Positions 12,174 through 25,123 are shown, counted from the first letter of the stretch. The stretch: DNA of 32,000 nt from Paramicrosporidium saccamoebae KSL3 (GCA_002794465.1 MTSL01000178.1:95451-127450); one strand, 5' to 3'. Notes: generated by a model from the sequence alone, not told the origin. Made by a program: numbers and translations.

Positions 12174-14768
12174 ATGGCTGAAGTCAATATTGAGCGACAG
12201 GTTCGTGCAGTGCTAGGTACTGGAGCGCGACGGATGTAAATGACCGTAGAATCCTTGCAAACGCAATCCCCGAAGCAGGCTCTGAACATTTGTGAAAAAT
12301 ATCTCAAGAAGAATGCCCGCTCTACCCAATTGCTTGCCATAAAGGCGCTTCTTCTCGTTTATATGGGCAAGGATAGTCAAGGATTAGAACTTGCGTACGA
12401 ACTCATAGCCCAGAAGCCAACTGACTTGATTACGCTCGGTAACCTTGATAAGGTGCTTGTGACCGCCAATGACTGTACAGGCAATGCAGTGCTTTAGTTT
12501 GTAGATAAGGCTTCTGTTGTCATGTTTGAAGAAGCGTTTCGCATTGTCCCGACTGAAGACATTGGTTCATTGTGGTTCTTTAGCGTCCTTCGTACGCCAG
12601 AGAGCAGATCTCTGTTTCCCATTGCGTTAAAGTTGCACACCATGTTTAAAGGAATGAGATATCTCTTTTGGGCTATTCTAGCTCTTCATATCCAAAACCG
12701 TTCGCCCACAGCTAGCGGGAAGAGTGAATTAGAAGCAGAAAAGTCGATGAAGCTTGCCGAGAAGATGATAATCAAAGCATTCTCCACAGACAAGGTCAAC
12801 CAGCGAAGTTTAGAAGAGTTGCTCCTCTTGATTGTCACCCTTCAGACTACTGAAAATCATGCTGATGCTCTGAGTATCCTCGATTCCGCTACCGGGATAT
12901 CCTTCCCCAATCTTGATGAACGCGAGATTATCCGCGCTGATCTCCTGGAAAAGAGTGGCAAATGGGAGGAAGCCATTGAACATTTACAAGAGATCCTCCT
13001 GCGCCGCGGGATATTTGATTGGACCGCATGGAAGCTTTACGTAAAAGCGGCCGATAACAGCGTAGCACGTTCCGATCTTGTGAAAGGGATGCATGATTTT
13101 ATTCCAAAGTTGGAAAAGCAGAGCGATAAGAGGAGTCTGATGTTGGCTAAAATTGATGCGGGTATTGTCTTCAAATCAGACTTCTGTAACGAAGAGTCCT
13201 TGGTTAATTACATTCTCGAATACATTGAAGAATTCCGAGACAGAGGTTGCTGCGTGCCGGATATGCAACATACTTCTGCCTCGTTGCCAGTCTCGGTTCT
13301 TGAAGTGTTGGTTGAAAGGTGCCTTGCCAAATGTGCATCGAGCGCAGAATTGCTAGAAATTACGTGGCATCAGCTGGAGAGGATTTTCCACTTGCGGTTG
13401 CTCAGTAAGACAGAGGGCGTGGGTGCTCCATTTGACCCCGATTCAAAGATTTCAATCCTCGAAACGGTATTACCCAAAACGACAGGATCGTCGGAAGTAT
13501 TGGCAACGGGATGGCTCCATCTAGCCACATTGCACGTTGACCGTGATGCTGAGGGAGATTTATTAAAGGCTGCAATGTATGGAACTAAAGCGATGAATGC
13601 AGCACCGGATAATTTTTCTGCCAAACTCTTCCTAATTCTTGTATATCTCAAGCTCGGCTCCGTTACCCTCGCTCTAGATCTCTTTAGATCGCTTGATGTC
13701 AAGCAGCTGCAACTTGATACTTTGGCTTATATCATATCCGATCATTTGTTGGAGCTTGGAGATCTGGAGCATGCAGAGCTCTTCTTCCATGAGTCATTCT
13801 TCATCTATGACGAAAATCGCACTCAATCATGGTCGCTCATTGCCGAAGCGTTTAGTCGGGGGAGCTTCTCCAACGTGCCCGAATTTTACGAATTTGCACG
13901 TCGTTTAGAATATTCACTTCAAGCGGTTGCATGCATCTGCGGAACTATTAGAACGGAACTCTTGACCAAGGATCTGGAGATAGTCGCTTCCTACCTTGAA
14001 GGCCTGAAACCCGATGACCTCTTATTTGGAGACGAATTTATGCTAAATTTAAGCGACAATCGTGATCGAGACGTAGTGGACTTTGTCGATCATGCGGGAG
14101 TAGTAAAGAGCAAGATTTTAAACCAGCTCCCTACTTTCGGACGCACCTCCATTCTCATCTACACTTTTATTCCAATTCTCTTACGGGGGCTTTTATTTGA
14201 TGATGCCAATCAACTGGATTTGCTGGTGAAAAAGTTTATTGAGAATCAAGCAAAGATAGAGTCACACCCCGTTAGTGCTGCTGAGGCCACTCGTCTGTCA
14301 TTTGTACAGTCCTTGATTACTGTCGTGACAAATTATATCGAGTCTGAAAAAGATGCAAAGGTCATGATAGATGGTCTCAATGAACTCTTGTCAACCAAGC
14401 AAGTAGTTCAGTCTGCGATTGCTCCAAGTTATGAGAGTATATCCGCCATTGAGTGGGAACTGGAACGCAGCCATTGGATTGTCTTGACTGTAGGATTCTT
14501 GATAAAAGGCAAGCCACTGGTCAAAAACAGAAAGTTGGCTAAGAATATCGCGAACGAGTTGCTTGGAAATTTGGAGGATCAGTCATCGTCGCACTTGGCA
14601 GCACTCGGGGAATTAACGACAAACCTCTCAGGTCAAGAGTGCCCCGTTCAGGATTGCGACGAGGTCTGGTCAGCACTCACTCAATCCTTTAAACATTCTA
14701 TAACGGCATTCCTCAAGATATGCGGAAACACTGGATCGCTTCTCAGCTGTATTCGTAATTACGACTAA
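12174..14768 (+). CDS. NAA25: NatB N-acetyltransferase auxiliary subunit NAA25/Mdm20, 843 aa
   Basis: Introns 12217-12249 and 12475-12504. The spliced N-terminus MAEVNIERQVRAVLESLQTQSPKQALNICEKYLKK resembles NAA25. Further motifs: KLFLILVYLKLG...FRSLDVKQLQLDTLAY and AFSRGSFSNVPEFYEFARRLEYS. Confidence 0.9.
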
Positions 14769-14908
14769 ACCGGCCCCGAAGACACCCGGGCCGTAGAAAA
14801 AACTAAAGGGCAAAGAATAAACATCTTTGAATGTGAGGTTTATAAAGACCCTTTATCCCTGGCCCCTAGTTATATTATCTTACGATATAGTTTCGCATTA
14901 TTATTCTG

Positions 14909-16649
14909 ATGACATTTGTCAAGAAAATTGCTCCACACATAAAGAGGTTATCCAAACCTATCAGGTATATTTTCTTCAGAGTCTTTCCTTGTAGCGCCGT
15001 CTGCTTCCTAAGTGCTGTTATCTACATATTCCTACTACCCAGGCGCGAGCTTTCCTATCGGACTTATATCTCTGAGAGTGCACTTATGCCGGACTATGTA
15101 CTGTTATGCTGGTGGGTGCTCATTGTACTCAGGCATTTGGGCACTTTACAGAGGATTTTTATGAGGAGATGAAGAAAATTGCGGGCGAACTGGGAGAGAT
15201 GACTACTGCATCCGAGGCGATCAACGTAATCTTGGGGCATCTCAAAGACTCTTGCAGTCAGGTTGGAGTCCACGACCAGACCACTCCGTATGGAATACTG
15301 TCACCAGAGAGGGCGGATGGAACAGAGGGAATGGTGTTCATGGCTCCATTCCGCACTGCTTCTGGAACCGTTAACAAGTGCGGCATTGCTTACGTCCTTG
15401 CTGCAGCAAAGCAGTATAAAAAGTTCAAGTTTTGGTCACGGAATTTTGTAATCTTATTCCCTGGGATCGGAATGTCCACTGAAGGTAAAGTGTTCTCTGC
15501 AGTGGAGAAATGGTTGGAGGCTTACCACAAGATTAAGCCGGGAATATCTCTGTCGTCTGGAGCACTGCAAACTGGATTGTCCATTGAACTCGAAGGCGAT
15601 CAGTGCTCTATGCCATTTGGCGATCCCGAAGTCTACCTCGAAGGTCCAGATGGCTTACTGCCTAATCTTGATGTTGTGAATTCTCTCGTAATGATTGAAC
15701 GTCACCGAGGGGGAACTTTGAGACTCTTCCCGAAAGACAGTTTTTGGTACACGTTATGGTCGAGGATCAGCAATAATTATATTCGCGGAGTTGTTCACGC
15801 TGCATCCATGCTGGTTCGACAAGCCAGTGGGTACCCTGCTTTTTGCCATGGACCAATGCTTAAATATCGAATCGATATTCTTACACTCGGGTTTAGGCAA
15901 ATGCCCCGTGAAGGGTCATCTGAATATATCAACAAGAATCTCTTTGAGTATCCTCAGCATCTTGCTTAACACATTTTAGGATTGTGGAGATTACGTTCCG
16001 AAGTTTGAGTAACTTGCTTGAGCACATTCACCACTCATTCTTTTTCTACCTGCTGACAGATAACGACCGTTATGTTTCCATCATGAACTATATTGCCATT
16101 GGAGTCTTGCCTATCGCTGGATTGCTTGTCTGCTTTTTTTCCCGAGCTTCGCGTGGATCAGTGTTGGCGAGCTTTGCAATGTTTTTCCTGACCGCTAGCA
16201 TCAATGCCGCGGCTGTGTGCGGCTTTTCGTTCTCAAACAAATCGCCATTAATGCTCATTTTACCCACAATCTTGCTTATCCTCTTTATCAGACGGGTTGC
16301 ACCAAAGGCTGGAATTAATTCGTCCATTTGTCTGATTGCTGCCGTCTCTCTTACGGCTCAGATCTTCTTAAACTTTGGCCTTGCTGTCGTTTTGGGACTT
16401 TGCTATGGGCCAATACTCGCTTTTGCCGGCCGATCGCCAGCATGGGCAGCATTTTGTGCCCTCTGTAGCCCGTTGATGATTTTCACCATCCTCTACGCAT
16501 CTGGAAATCCATGGGCATCATTTTTGGCTGACCGACTCATGACATGGAATGCGGGCCTTCCATTTATCCTGTGGCAACCGCTAGTTCTCCTGGCCTGCGC
16601 AGGAGACGACGCTTCTCCAACAAATATTCGACACGAAAAACAAGAATAA
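14909..16649 (+). CDS. GAA1: GPI transamidase component Gaa1/GPAA1, about 547-557 aa
   Basis: Introns 15098-15132 and 15948-15979, plus tentative in-frame 14965-14994. Motifs RTYISESALMP, PERADGTEGMVF, EGPDGLLPNLDVVN, FRSLSNLLEHIHHSFFFYLL, and a hydrophobic multi-TM C-terminus. Confidence 0.92.
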
Positions 16650-16891
16650 ACTTTTAAAAAACATGGATATTCAGCCTGTAAGAGAAGAGCCACCTTTTAA
16701 ACAACATTGACTTCAGACCGTGAGAGAAGAATCAACTTTTAAACAACACGCATGTTCAGCATGCAAAACGAGAATCAACAAATAACATGGATATTCAGCT
16801 TGCAAAACGAGAATTAACAAATAACATGGATATTCAACGCATACAAAACAGGAATAAACTTTATTTTCTAAACAGCACGGATATATAGCAC
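16637..16891. repeat. Degenerate minisatellite, 6 units of 39-47 bp, between the convergent GAA1 and LSM6 stops
   Basis: Units start at 16637, 16680, 16722, 16765, 16804 and 16845; consensus approximately AAAACRAGAATMAAC(TTTT)AAANAACATGGATATTCAGC. Units 4 and 5 are nearly identical. Confidence 0.85.
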
Positions 16892-17152
16892 TATAACAGT
16901 TAGCCAGAGAACAGTTCATGTACCATTATTGCCACGAATGAAGGCATCGCCATAAGTTCTATGACGTACCCCATCAATCCACTCCTCAGCCTGTTCTAGG
17001 GCAATATTCATATATCCATCCAAGCAGACGAGTCTTCCTTGATATTCTGCCCCCGAGTTTAGGCGAACTAGAACAGCTTGGCCGATAACTTGCTTGAGAA
17101 AATCGCCGGGACTGCGCAAGACTTGACTAAATGGCTTCTTAGTCTCAGACAT
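16868..17152 (-). CDS. LSM6: U6 snRNA-associated Sm-like protein LSm6, 83 aa
   Basis: SPGDFLKQVIG...VRLNSGAEYQGRLVCLDGYMNIALEQ...YGDAFIRGNN. Intron 16891-16923 restores the conserved GNN|VLYI end. Confidence 0.96.
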
Positions 17153-17174
17153 TACGAATATATGGGGTATTTCT

Positions 17175-18121
17175 TTATTCGTCAACAAATGGAGCCACCA
17201 TGAATTCTAGAAATGCAGTTTCGTTTGAGATCGGCACCATCATTTGTAAGGACAACAGGCCGGTTGGACCGACCCTTAATGAGCATTTGCATGCACTTGA
17301 AAGTCCACGAAGTGCCCCTTTCAGAAATAGTGTTGGATATGTGAATGAAATGGGCTCAAGACACGAAAATGCCTCAACTCGATCTGCCTCGGTGGAGAGT
17401 GTAACCTGCACTGTTCTTATGTGATCTTGGCTGGTTAGCGTGACTACGTTTAAGGACGGGTCGGCCTCGATGGTGAATCTAGTATGTTCTGAAAATTGAA
17501 CGAGGCATTCTCTTAAAAGAGCCGCCTAAATCATCAATCAGGGCTCTCTAAGATACTTTGCAAATTATTTTTGTAGAGATTTCTGTCAATTTTACGTTGG
17601 GGAAGGATGGCAACGCTATTGTTGCTAACTGACACTCCACTTGGAGATTCGTTGAGGTTTCGCCCGATCTACATAGATTCGGATAGGCTCACAACGGACA
17701 GTACCGAAACGAGGCTCTGTCAAATGCGCTGCTCCATTCCAAGCTATACGTAGAGAGGGGGTCTTGTCCACGCTTTCCCAAACCGGTCGGCGTCTTACAG
17801 AACTCCAAGACTTGCAGCAGCTGCTGCATCGGAAGTACAAAAACCCGAGAGTCGTCCTCTTCCTGTGTATCGCTGTCATCGGGGCATCTCCAATGCCAAC
17901 CTTTGAAGGCAGACCGTGGGAGATACAAGTGCGACTGGAGTGTCTTATGATGGTCGGTGGACAACTTTAAGCCTTCGTCACTTGGCACAAACAGCACTGA
18001 TGGATTCTAATTCAGTTTAGCAGTGACTAATCCCCTTTACCTGATGACTTTCATGATGCAGAGCTTTGATTAACGCAACCAGTTTACTCTCCAAGGTCCC
18101 CTCGATTCTCAGAGACGCCAT
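17175..18121 (-). CDS. RAD1: 9-1-1 checkpoint clamp subunit Rad1 (Rad17/Rec1 family), 281 aa
   Basis: Exons 18041-18121, 17705-18006, 17557-17668, 17175-17525 (introns of 34, 36, 31 nt). The C-terminus ALRGLSSACKCSLRVGPTGLLSLQMMV...AFLEFMVAP matches Rad1 (KAL..SCKVSIR....G.LSLQ.M...F.E). EGLKLSTDHHKTLQSHLYL fits the N-terminal PCNA-like fold. Confidence 0.85.
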
Positions 18122-18234
18122 TGGCGCAAAGACAAATGTTTTATTTTAATACCATGTTACGTGGTAGGAAGTGGAGGCCCCTTTATCGGAAATCTTGCTC
18201 CGCTATATATTAGCTCTAATACATGCGTGCCATT

Positions 18235-19062
18235 TTATGCAACTCCAAGGTTTAAAAGCGTGCTCTGCCCGCCTGGGAGATATGAAACATTCTTGGCCGT
18301 GCTCAGGCTAGCAGCAACTTCTTTGGCCGCTTCGATGCGACGCAGCTCCACAATCCCAGTCCCTGACTTTTCCATTGCATCTGACAGAATCTTGGCTGCA
18401 TGAGCCTCTGCCTGTGCTCTGATAATGGCCGCACTCTTTTCATGCTCGCTCTTCTCGACGATGAAGCGAGCACGCTCTGCATCTTGCTGGGCCACTTGTT
18501 TAGCTTCTACTGCTCGTGTAAAGTCGGGCCCAAATGTGAGATGGGTTAGGGAGACGTCTTCCAAACGAATATTAAATTCCATTGCACGCTTCAACAGTTC
18601 TTCGCGGATGCGCGCTGATACGACCTCGCGTTGAGTTATAAGTTCGCTGGCATCAAATTGAGCAACGGTGGCTTTCAACACTTCATTACCAATGGATGGC
18701 AGTACACGTTCATCATAGTCGGGTCCCAATCGGGAATAAATAGTTGGAAGCTTTTCAATATCCGGTCGATGGAGCACGCGCAGTGTCAGTGATACAGTCT
18801 GCATATCTTTGCTGCCTGTAGTGGTCGTGATGATACGTGGGCGAGTGCGAATGTCATAAATAATGGCTCGCTGAAGCCACGGGATTACAAAGTGCATTCC
18901 CTCCCCGACAACTGTCTGCTTCACACCAGCCAGACGGTCAAAAATGACTGCACGCTGACCACCATCAACGCTGTATATACTAGAAGACATGATAGACGCA
19001 CCAATACCCACTGGAACTGCCCACTTGACCAAACGCTCGAATAGTGCGGATTGAAACGACAT
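18235..19062 (-). CDS. PHB1: Prohibitin 1 (mitochondrial inner membrane), 275 aa
   Basis: [84 protein letters not shown]. True start taken at MSFQ (19062). The ORF extension to 19422 is antisense to the next gene. Confidence 0.96.
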   Translation of the reverse strand: MSFQSALFERLVKWAVPVGIGASIMSSSIYSVDGGQRAVIFDRLAGVKQTVVGEGMHFVIPWLQRAIIYDIRTRPRIITTTTGSKDMQTVSLTLRVLHRPDIEKLPTIYSRLGPDYDERVLPSIGNEVLKATVAQFDASELITQREVVSARIREELLKRAMEFNIRLEDVSLTHLTFGPDFTRAVEAKQVAQQDAERARFIVEKSEHEKSAAIIRAQAEAHAAKILSDAMEKSGTGIVELRRIEAAKEVAASLSTAKNVSYLPGGQSTLLNLGVA

Positions 19063-19093
19063 GGAATCACTCTGCCAGGGCAGGGCTGGAACG

Positions 19094-19531
19094 ATGGGTG
19101 ACCATGAAAAGTGGGAGGCGGTCCTTTTGAAAGACGAAGAACGTAAGAAAGGTAAAGCAGAGCCTGTGGACAAGAGGTCACTGTACGAACGCTTGCAAGA
19201 ACAAAAAGAGAAAGAAGACGCAGAGTACATGGAGAGATTAAAGGGAACGAACAAGACTGCGGCCCTTGTTGAGGAAGATGTTTTATATTTGGAAGAGATT
19301 GAGATGAGAAAGAGGAACCGCGAAAGACAACTTGAAGAGGAGGAACAGAATTTGGTGAAGGAATTCAAGAAACAAAGGCAGGACAAGTTCAATCCTGTTT
19401 CCGATGTCATCTTCGATCCCACTGTTGATCAGGAGAGGAAGAACAGTAGTTTAAAGGAAAAGAGGCAAGACTTAGGGATCGCTCCCAAAAAGAGACTGGA
19501 TTTAGGGATCGTACCGAAAAGGAAAACCTGA
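19094..19531 (+). CDS. FAM192A/NIP30 (PSME3IP1)-like nuclear protein, about 145 aa
   Basis: [18 protein letters not shown]...[14 protein letters not shown]...[11 protein letters not shown] matches the NIP30 N-terminal domain ([10 protein letters not shown]...LDEDE..FL). Start taken at ATG 19094; the in-frame ATG at 19061 overlaps the PHB1 start codon. Confidence 0.8.
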   Translation: MGDHEKWEAVLLKDEERKKGKAEPVDKRSLYERLQEQKEKEDAEYMERLKGTNKTAALVEEDVLYLEEIEMRKRNRERQLEEEEQNLVKEFKKQRQDKFNPVSDVIFDPTVDQERKNSSLKEKRQDLGIAPKKRLDLGIVPKRKT

Positions 19532-19580
19532 TTTAGGGATCGTATCGAAAAATAGAGACTGGATTTGGGGGGTTACACCG
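19457..19580 (+). repeat. Four-unit 30-33 bp tandem repeat straddling the stop of the NIP30-like gene
   Basis: Core GA(C/T)TTAGGGATCG recurs at about 19469, 19499 and 19530, with a degenerate fourth copy at about 19562. The first two units encode [10 protein letters not shown] and [10 protein letters not shown]. Confidence 0.85.
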
Positions 19581-19807
19581 AACAAGAAAGCGTCCTAGGT
19601 TAGCTGTGTAGAGAAAAGGAACTTGTTGGACAATATCTGTTTGCGATTGATGGCTCCAATCCTAAATGCCACCTCATAAAATATCCCTAACAAATTACGG
19701 CAGCGCCATCAGAGTTAATTAAATAACTAGTTCCCAAACTGACCTTTTAAGCCCAATTCTAGGCTAGCATTATAATCACAGCAATATTTTTACTAGTCAA
19801 TCCAATT

Positions 19808-21913
<2,106 letters not shown>

Positions 21914-22262
21914 AGCGTCCTGCACTGTCTGTTGGCTCTCTGAGCTTGCTATATGAGTGGTTGGCCCGGTTCGTTTATTTTTCTAAAAATTGACACACCT
22001 CAGCAACACCAATCAAGCGAGTCTGAGTTGCTATGCGTTAGTTCGTGACCAATTAAAGTTTAATACGACCATCATATATCCTAAAGAATAGAGGGAGGAT
22101 GGGGCGGGGTTAAGAGTTGAGAGTAGGATTGAGAGGTGTGAGGTGACAGGATATACATGTAAAGATTTTTATATCTACGGACAGTCTCAACGCAAAATTA
22201 ACTACAACCTCTCCCTCTTCCGCTGAAATTCTACTTATACTTATTATGCTTATTATACAATA

Positions 22263-24089
22263 TTACACACCATAAGCAAAGATTCTTTCCTCATGACGTT
22301 TTTTCTGCATGACAGCGCCAGGCCTAATTCGGGCAGCTTCATGCGACAAAAATTCAGGCGGAATTACAGACTTTGGTGCTTTTTGTACAATTACACGGAG
22401 TTCAAAATATAATTCCGAGTCGTCCTGTGTTAGGAACGTTATGGCAGTTCCCATTTTCCCCATCCGGCCAGTACGACCGATGCGATGAATGTAATCTTCA
22501 ATAGACTTGGCCATGTCGTAGTTTACGACAAGCGACACATTTTTAATGTCAATGCCGCGACCGGCGACGTCTGTGGCAATCAAAATATCTCGGCCATTCT
22601 TCTTAAATTGTGAAATTGCAACTTCACGCTGCTCCTGATTCTTGCCGCCGTGGAGAGCTACGCAGCGATGTCCAAGAATCTCCAGCCGACGGCTGAGAAA
22701 GTCTACAGTCTTCTTTTGATTCACAAAAATAATAATTGGGGGCTCATACTCCCCAGAGTTTAAAATATCCAAAAGACAACGATCCTTGTCGCTCTCTTTC
22801 AACATTACAAGCTTCTGGGTTACAGTGTCAGCAGCTTGTCCAGCCTGGCCAACAGTGATGGTGCCCGGCCTCTTCAAGTAACCCCGAGCCAGCTTCTCCA
22901 CGGCAGATGGCATAGTAGCAGAAAACATGGTAGTCTGTCTAAATTTGCCGTGGCTCAGATACTTTGCAGGGTTCTCAGCTGCCTCCGAGTCTGGCTTTGA
23001 CATGTTTGACGGTAAGCATTGCAAAATGAACTGTAGATCCTCTTCAAAGTTCAGGTCAATCATTCGATCAGCCTCGTCCAAGACAATACCAAAACACTGA
23101 TTTAACGCAAGGACATGCTGTTCCAGGCAATCTCGTAATCTACCAGGTGTTGCAATGACAATTTCTGCACCTTGTCTCATATGGACGCTCTGTTCTGCCA
23201 TAGAGTGTCCTCCAACTATGGCAACACACCGGAGACCTAGAGGCCGGCAAAACCTTTTCGTTTCACTCTCAATTTGTAGCGCCAGCTCACGCGTCGGCGC
23301 CAGCACCAACCCATAAGGGCCGTTTAGCATGTTTGCCTCATTTAAGGGGGGAAGCCGTAGGATTTGGCAGATCATGGGAAGAACAAATGCAGCAGTCTTA
23401 CCACTTCCTGTCTCTGCAATGCCAATCAGATCTCTCCCAGACATGATCACAGGGATCGCCTGTCTTTGTATAGGAGTTGGATCATCGTAACCAATCGACT
23501 GCAAAACATCATGGAGCTTCCTAGGAAACGGAGCCTCAGACCAATAGCGAAGGGGATTGGGCATTTGTCCTCCTGTGGTGGAAATGTTAAAATCTTCCTT
23601 AATGATACGCCAATCACGGTCCTGCATCTCATCCAGCGTCTTCTCTGCCCAGTGTCTATCGTCAAATCGGTCACCATGACCATTCCCAGTCATCATTTCA
23701 ATTTCGTTTCCAAAGGCGTCCACTGTCTTGATTACAGACGACTTTGGCGTACTTTTGCGGGGCATGTCTTGGACGGCGTAATTCTTCAAAGTGTCATCTG
23801 CAGTGTCCCAATCAAAGTTTACCTGCCTCTCACCGCGACGCACCTTCCGGTCCGTCTTTTTCTCATTCCCCAAGTATCTTTCTCTCACAATGTTCCTATC
23901 AGCCTGCGACAGTGCTGCGGGATTTATCATGTCTTCCTTCATTCCACTTTCCGTGTGCTGGAGCTTGCTGGACTCTGTGGTTTTTGCAATGTTTTGTCTC
24001 TCTTCCCTTGATAGAAACTTTGGCTTGTAACTAAGAGTATCGTCCTCTGCCCGCCTCTTTAAGAGTTCTCTCCTGACAGAAGGATCCAT
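22263..24089 (-). CDS. PRP28: U5 snRNP DEAD-box helicase Prp28/DDX23, 608 aa
   Basis: DDRHWAEKTLDEMQDRDWRIIKEDFNI, AETGSGKT, LDEADRM, FSAT, HRIGRTGR. Intronless. Confidence 0.96.
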   Translation of the reverse strand: MDPSVRRELLKRRAEDDTLSYKPKFLSREERQNIAKTTESSKLQHTESGMKEDMINPAALSQADRNIVRERYLGNEKKTDRKVRRGERQVNFDWDTADDTLKNYAVQDMPRKSTPKSSVIKTVDAFGNEIEMMTGNGHGDRFDDRHWAEKTLDEMQDRDWRIIKEDFNISTTGGQMPNPLRYWSEAPFPRKLHDVLQSIGYDDPTPIQRQAIPVIMSGRDLIGIAETGSGKTAAFVLPMICQILRLPPLNEANMLNGPYGLVLAPTRELALQIESETKRFCRPLGLRCVAIVGGHSMAEQSVHMRQGAEIVIATPGRLRDCLEQHVLALNQCFGIVLDEADRMIDLNFEEDLQFILQCLPSNMSKPDSEAAENPAKYLSHGKFRQTTMFSATMPSAVEKLARGYLKRPGTITVGQAGQAADTVTQKLVMLKESDKDRCLLDILNSGEYEPPIIIFVNQKKTVDFLSRRLEILGHRCVALHGGKNQEQREVAISQFKKNGRDILIATDVAGRGIDIKNVSLVVNYDMAKSIEDYIHRIGRTGRMGKMGTAITFLTQDDSELYFELRVIVQKAPKSVIPPEFLSHEAARIRPGAVMQKKRHEERIFAYGV

Positions 24090-24118
24090 TCTGCAAGACC
24101 ACGGTATCGCAGCCCTGT

Positions 24119-25123
24119 ATGACGACCGACCCTAGTCCCGCTGCTACTGCTCCTATTCCCAGTCCCCTTCAGGCCCATATCGACGAGATTTATGAATACT
24201 TGAACGACTCAAAGGCTGATGTACGCAGGATGGCCGTTGAGCTTTTGGCCGGTCTTTCGGTCGACCAGCCGGATGCCCTCGTTATACTGAACAGCGACCC
24301 TGCAAAATACGTTTCCCGTCTCTTTTCAAAGCTCTCGGATCAGCCTGTCATTGCTGCCTTAGCCTGGGATGCACTTACAAATTTTGCAAGTGACAAAGAG
24401 GTCGCTCTTTACTTGCTTGACAAGCACCTGGAGCGAATCCTTGCTTGTGTGCGCTCTCGTGAACTGGTTTTTTCCGAGGCTGCCACAAAACTGCTCTCGA
24501 ACCTCACAAAATATGCCGACACGCGGCCCGCACTGGCAACACCGCTTCTAGCCGATCTGATTCATATTTATTTGGCCGGCATCCGACACAATCCAAACTG
24601 TGACTATGCTTTTCTGGCAAGTTGCTTTGCCGATCTGACAAATATCCGCGAATGTCGCATATTTTTCCTTGAAGACCTAAGTCGTCTCAATAGTATTCTC
24701 CAGGACCTTCACTCGAAATCTGTAATACGACGTGGCGGCGTTGCATCCATAATCCGAAACTGCCTTTTTGAGACTGACTACCATGCTGCAATTCTGGAGA
24801 AGGAGATTGAAGACGACTTTATCATCACGACACTGGCGGGACGTCTCTTGGATTCGCGCTCAAAGCTCGATGGAGAGGAGAGGGACAAGTTACCAGTTGA
24901 ACTTCAGCTGCTTGACAAGCTCGAGGCCGAGTCGGACATTGCTGTGAGGTCCATCGTTGTGGAATGTCTCATTATTCTGGGCACCACAAGGGAAGGCCGT
25001 GACACGATCCGTGCCAAGGAAATTTACCCAATCCTTCGGGAGTGGCACATTTTAGAGGAGAATTACGACATGAAGGAGCTTATTGAGAAACTTGTTGAGC
25101 TCTTAATCCGAGACGAGGCCTGA
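24119..25123 (+). CDS. HGH1: Hgh1/FAM203 eEF2 chaperone, 334 aa
   Basis: IRRGGVASIIRNCLFE, KLPVELQLL, VECLIILGTTREGRDTIRAKEIYPILREWH. Confidence 0.92.
   Translation: MTTDPSPAATAPIPSPLQAHIDEIYEYLNDSKADVRRMAVELLAGLSVDQPDALVILNSDPAKYVSRLFSKLSDQPVIAALAWDALTNFASDKEVALYLLDKHLERILACVRSRELVFSEAATKLLSNLTKYADTRPALATPLLADLIHIYLAGIRHNPNCDYAFLASCFADLTNIRECRIFFLEDLSRLNSILQDLHSKSVIRRGGVASIIRNCLFETDYHAAILEKEIEDDFIITTLAGRLLDSRSKLDGEERDKLPVELQLLDKLEAESDIAVRSIVVECLIILGTTREGRDTIRAKEIYPILREWHILEENYDMKELIEKLVELLIRDEA

Noticed and set aside
16637-16891. Repeat array as a CRISPR array
   Set aside because: Units are contiguous and degenerate with no unique spacers, the context is eukaryotic and no cas genes are present.
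19063-19422. 120-aa N-terminal extension of PHB1 shown in the ORF track
   Set aside because: It is the antisense of the NIP30-like CDS (Ser/Phe/Leu-rich mirror of a Glu/Lys-rich protein); prohibitin homology starts at MSFQ.
19472-19537. TTAGGG motifs as an interstitial telomere
   Set aside because: They are single hexamers spaced about 30 bp apart as part of the Leu-Gly codons of the coding repeat, not tandem telomeric repeats.
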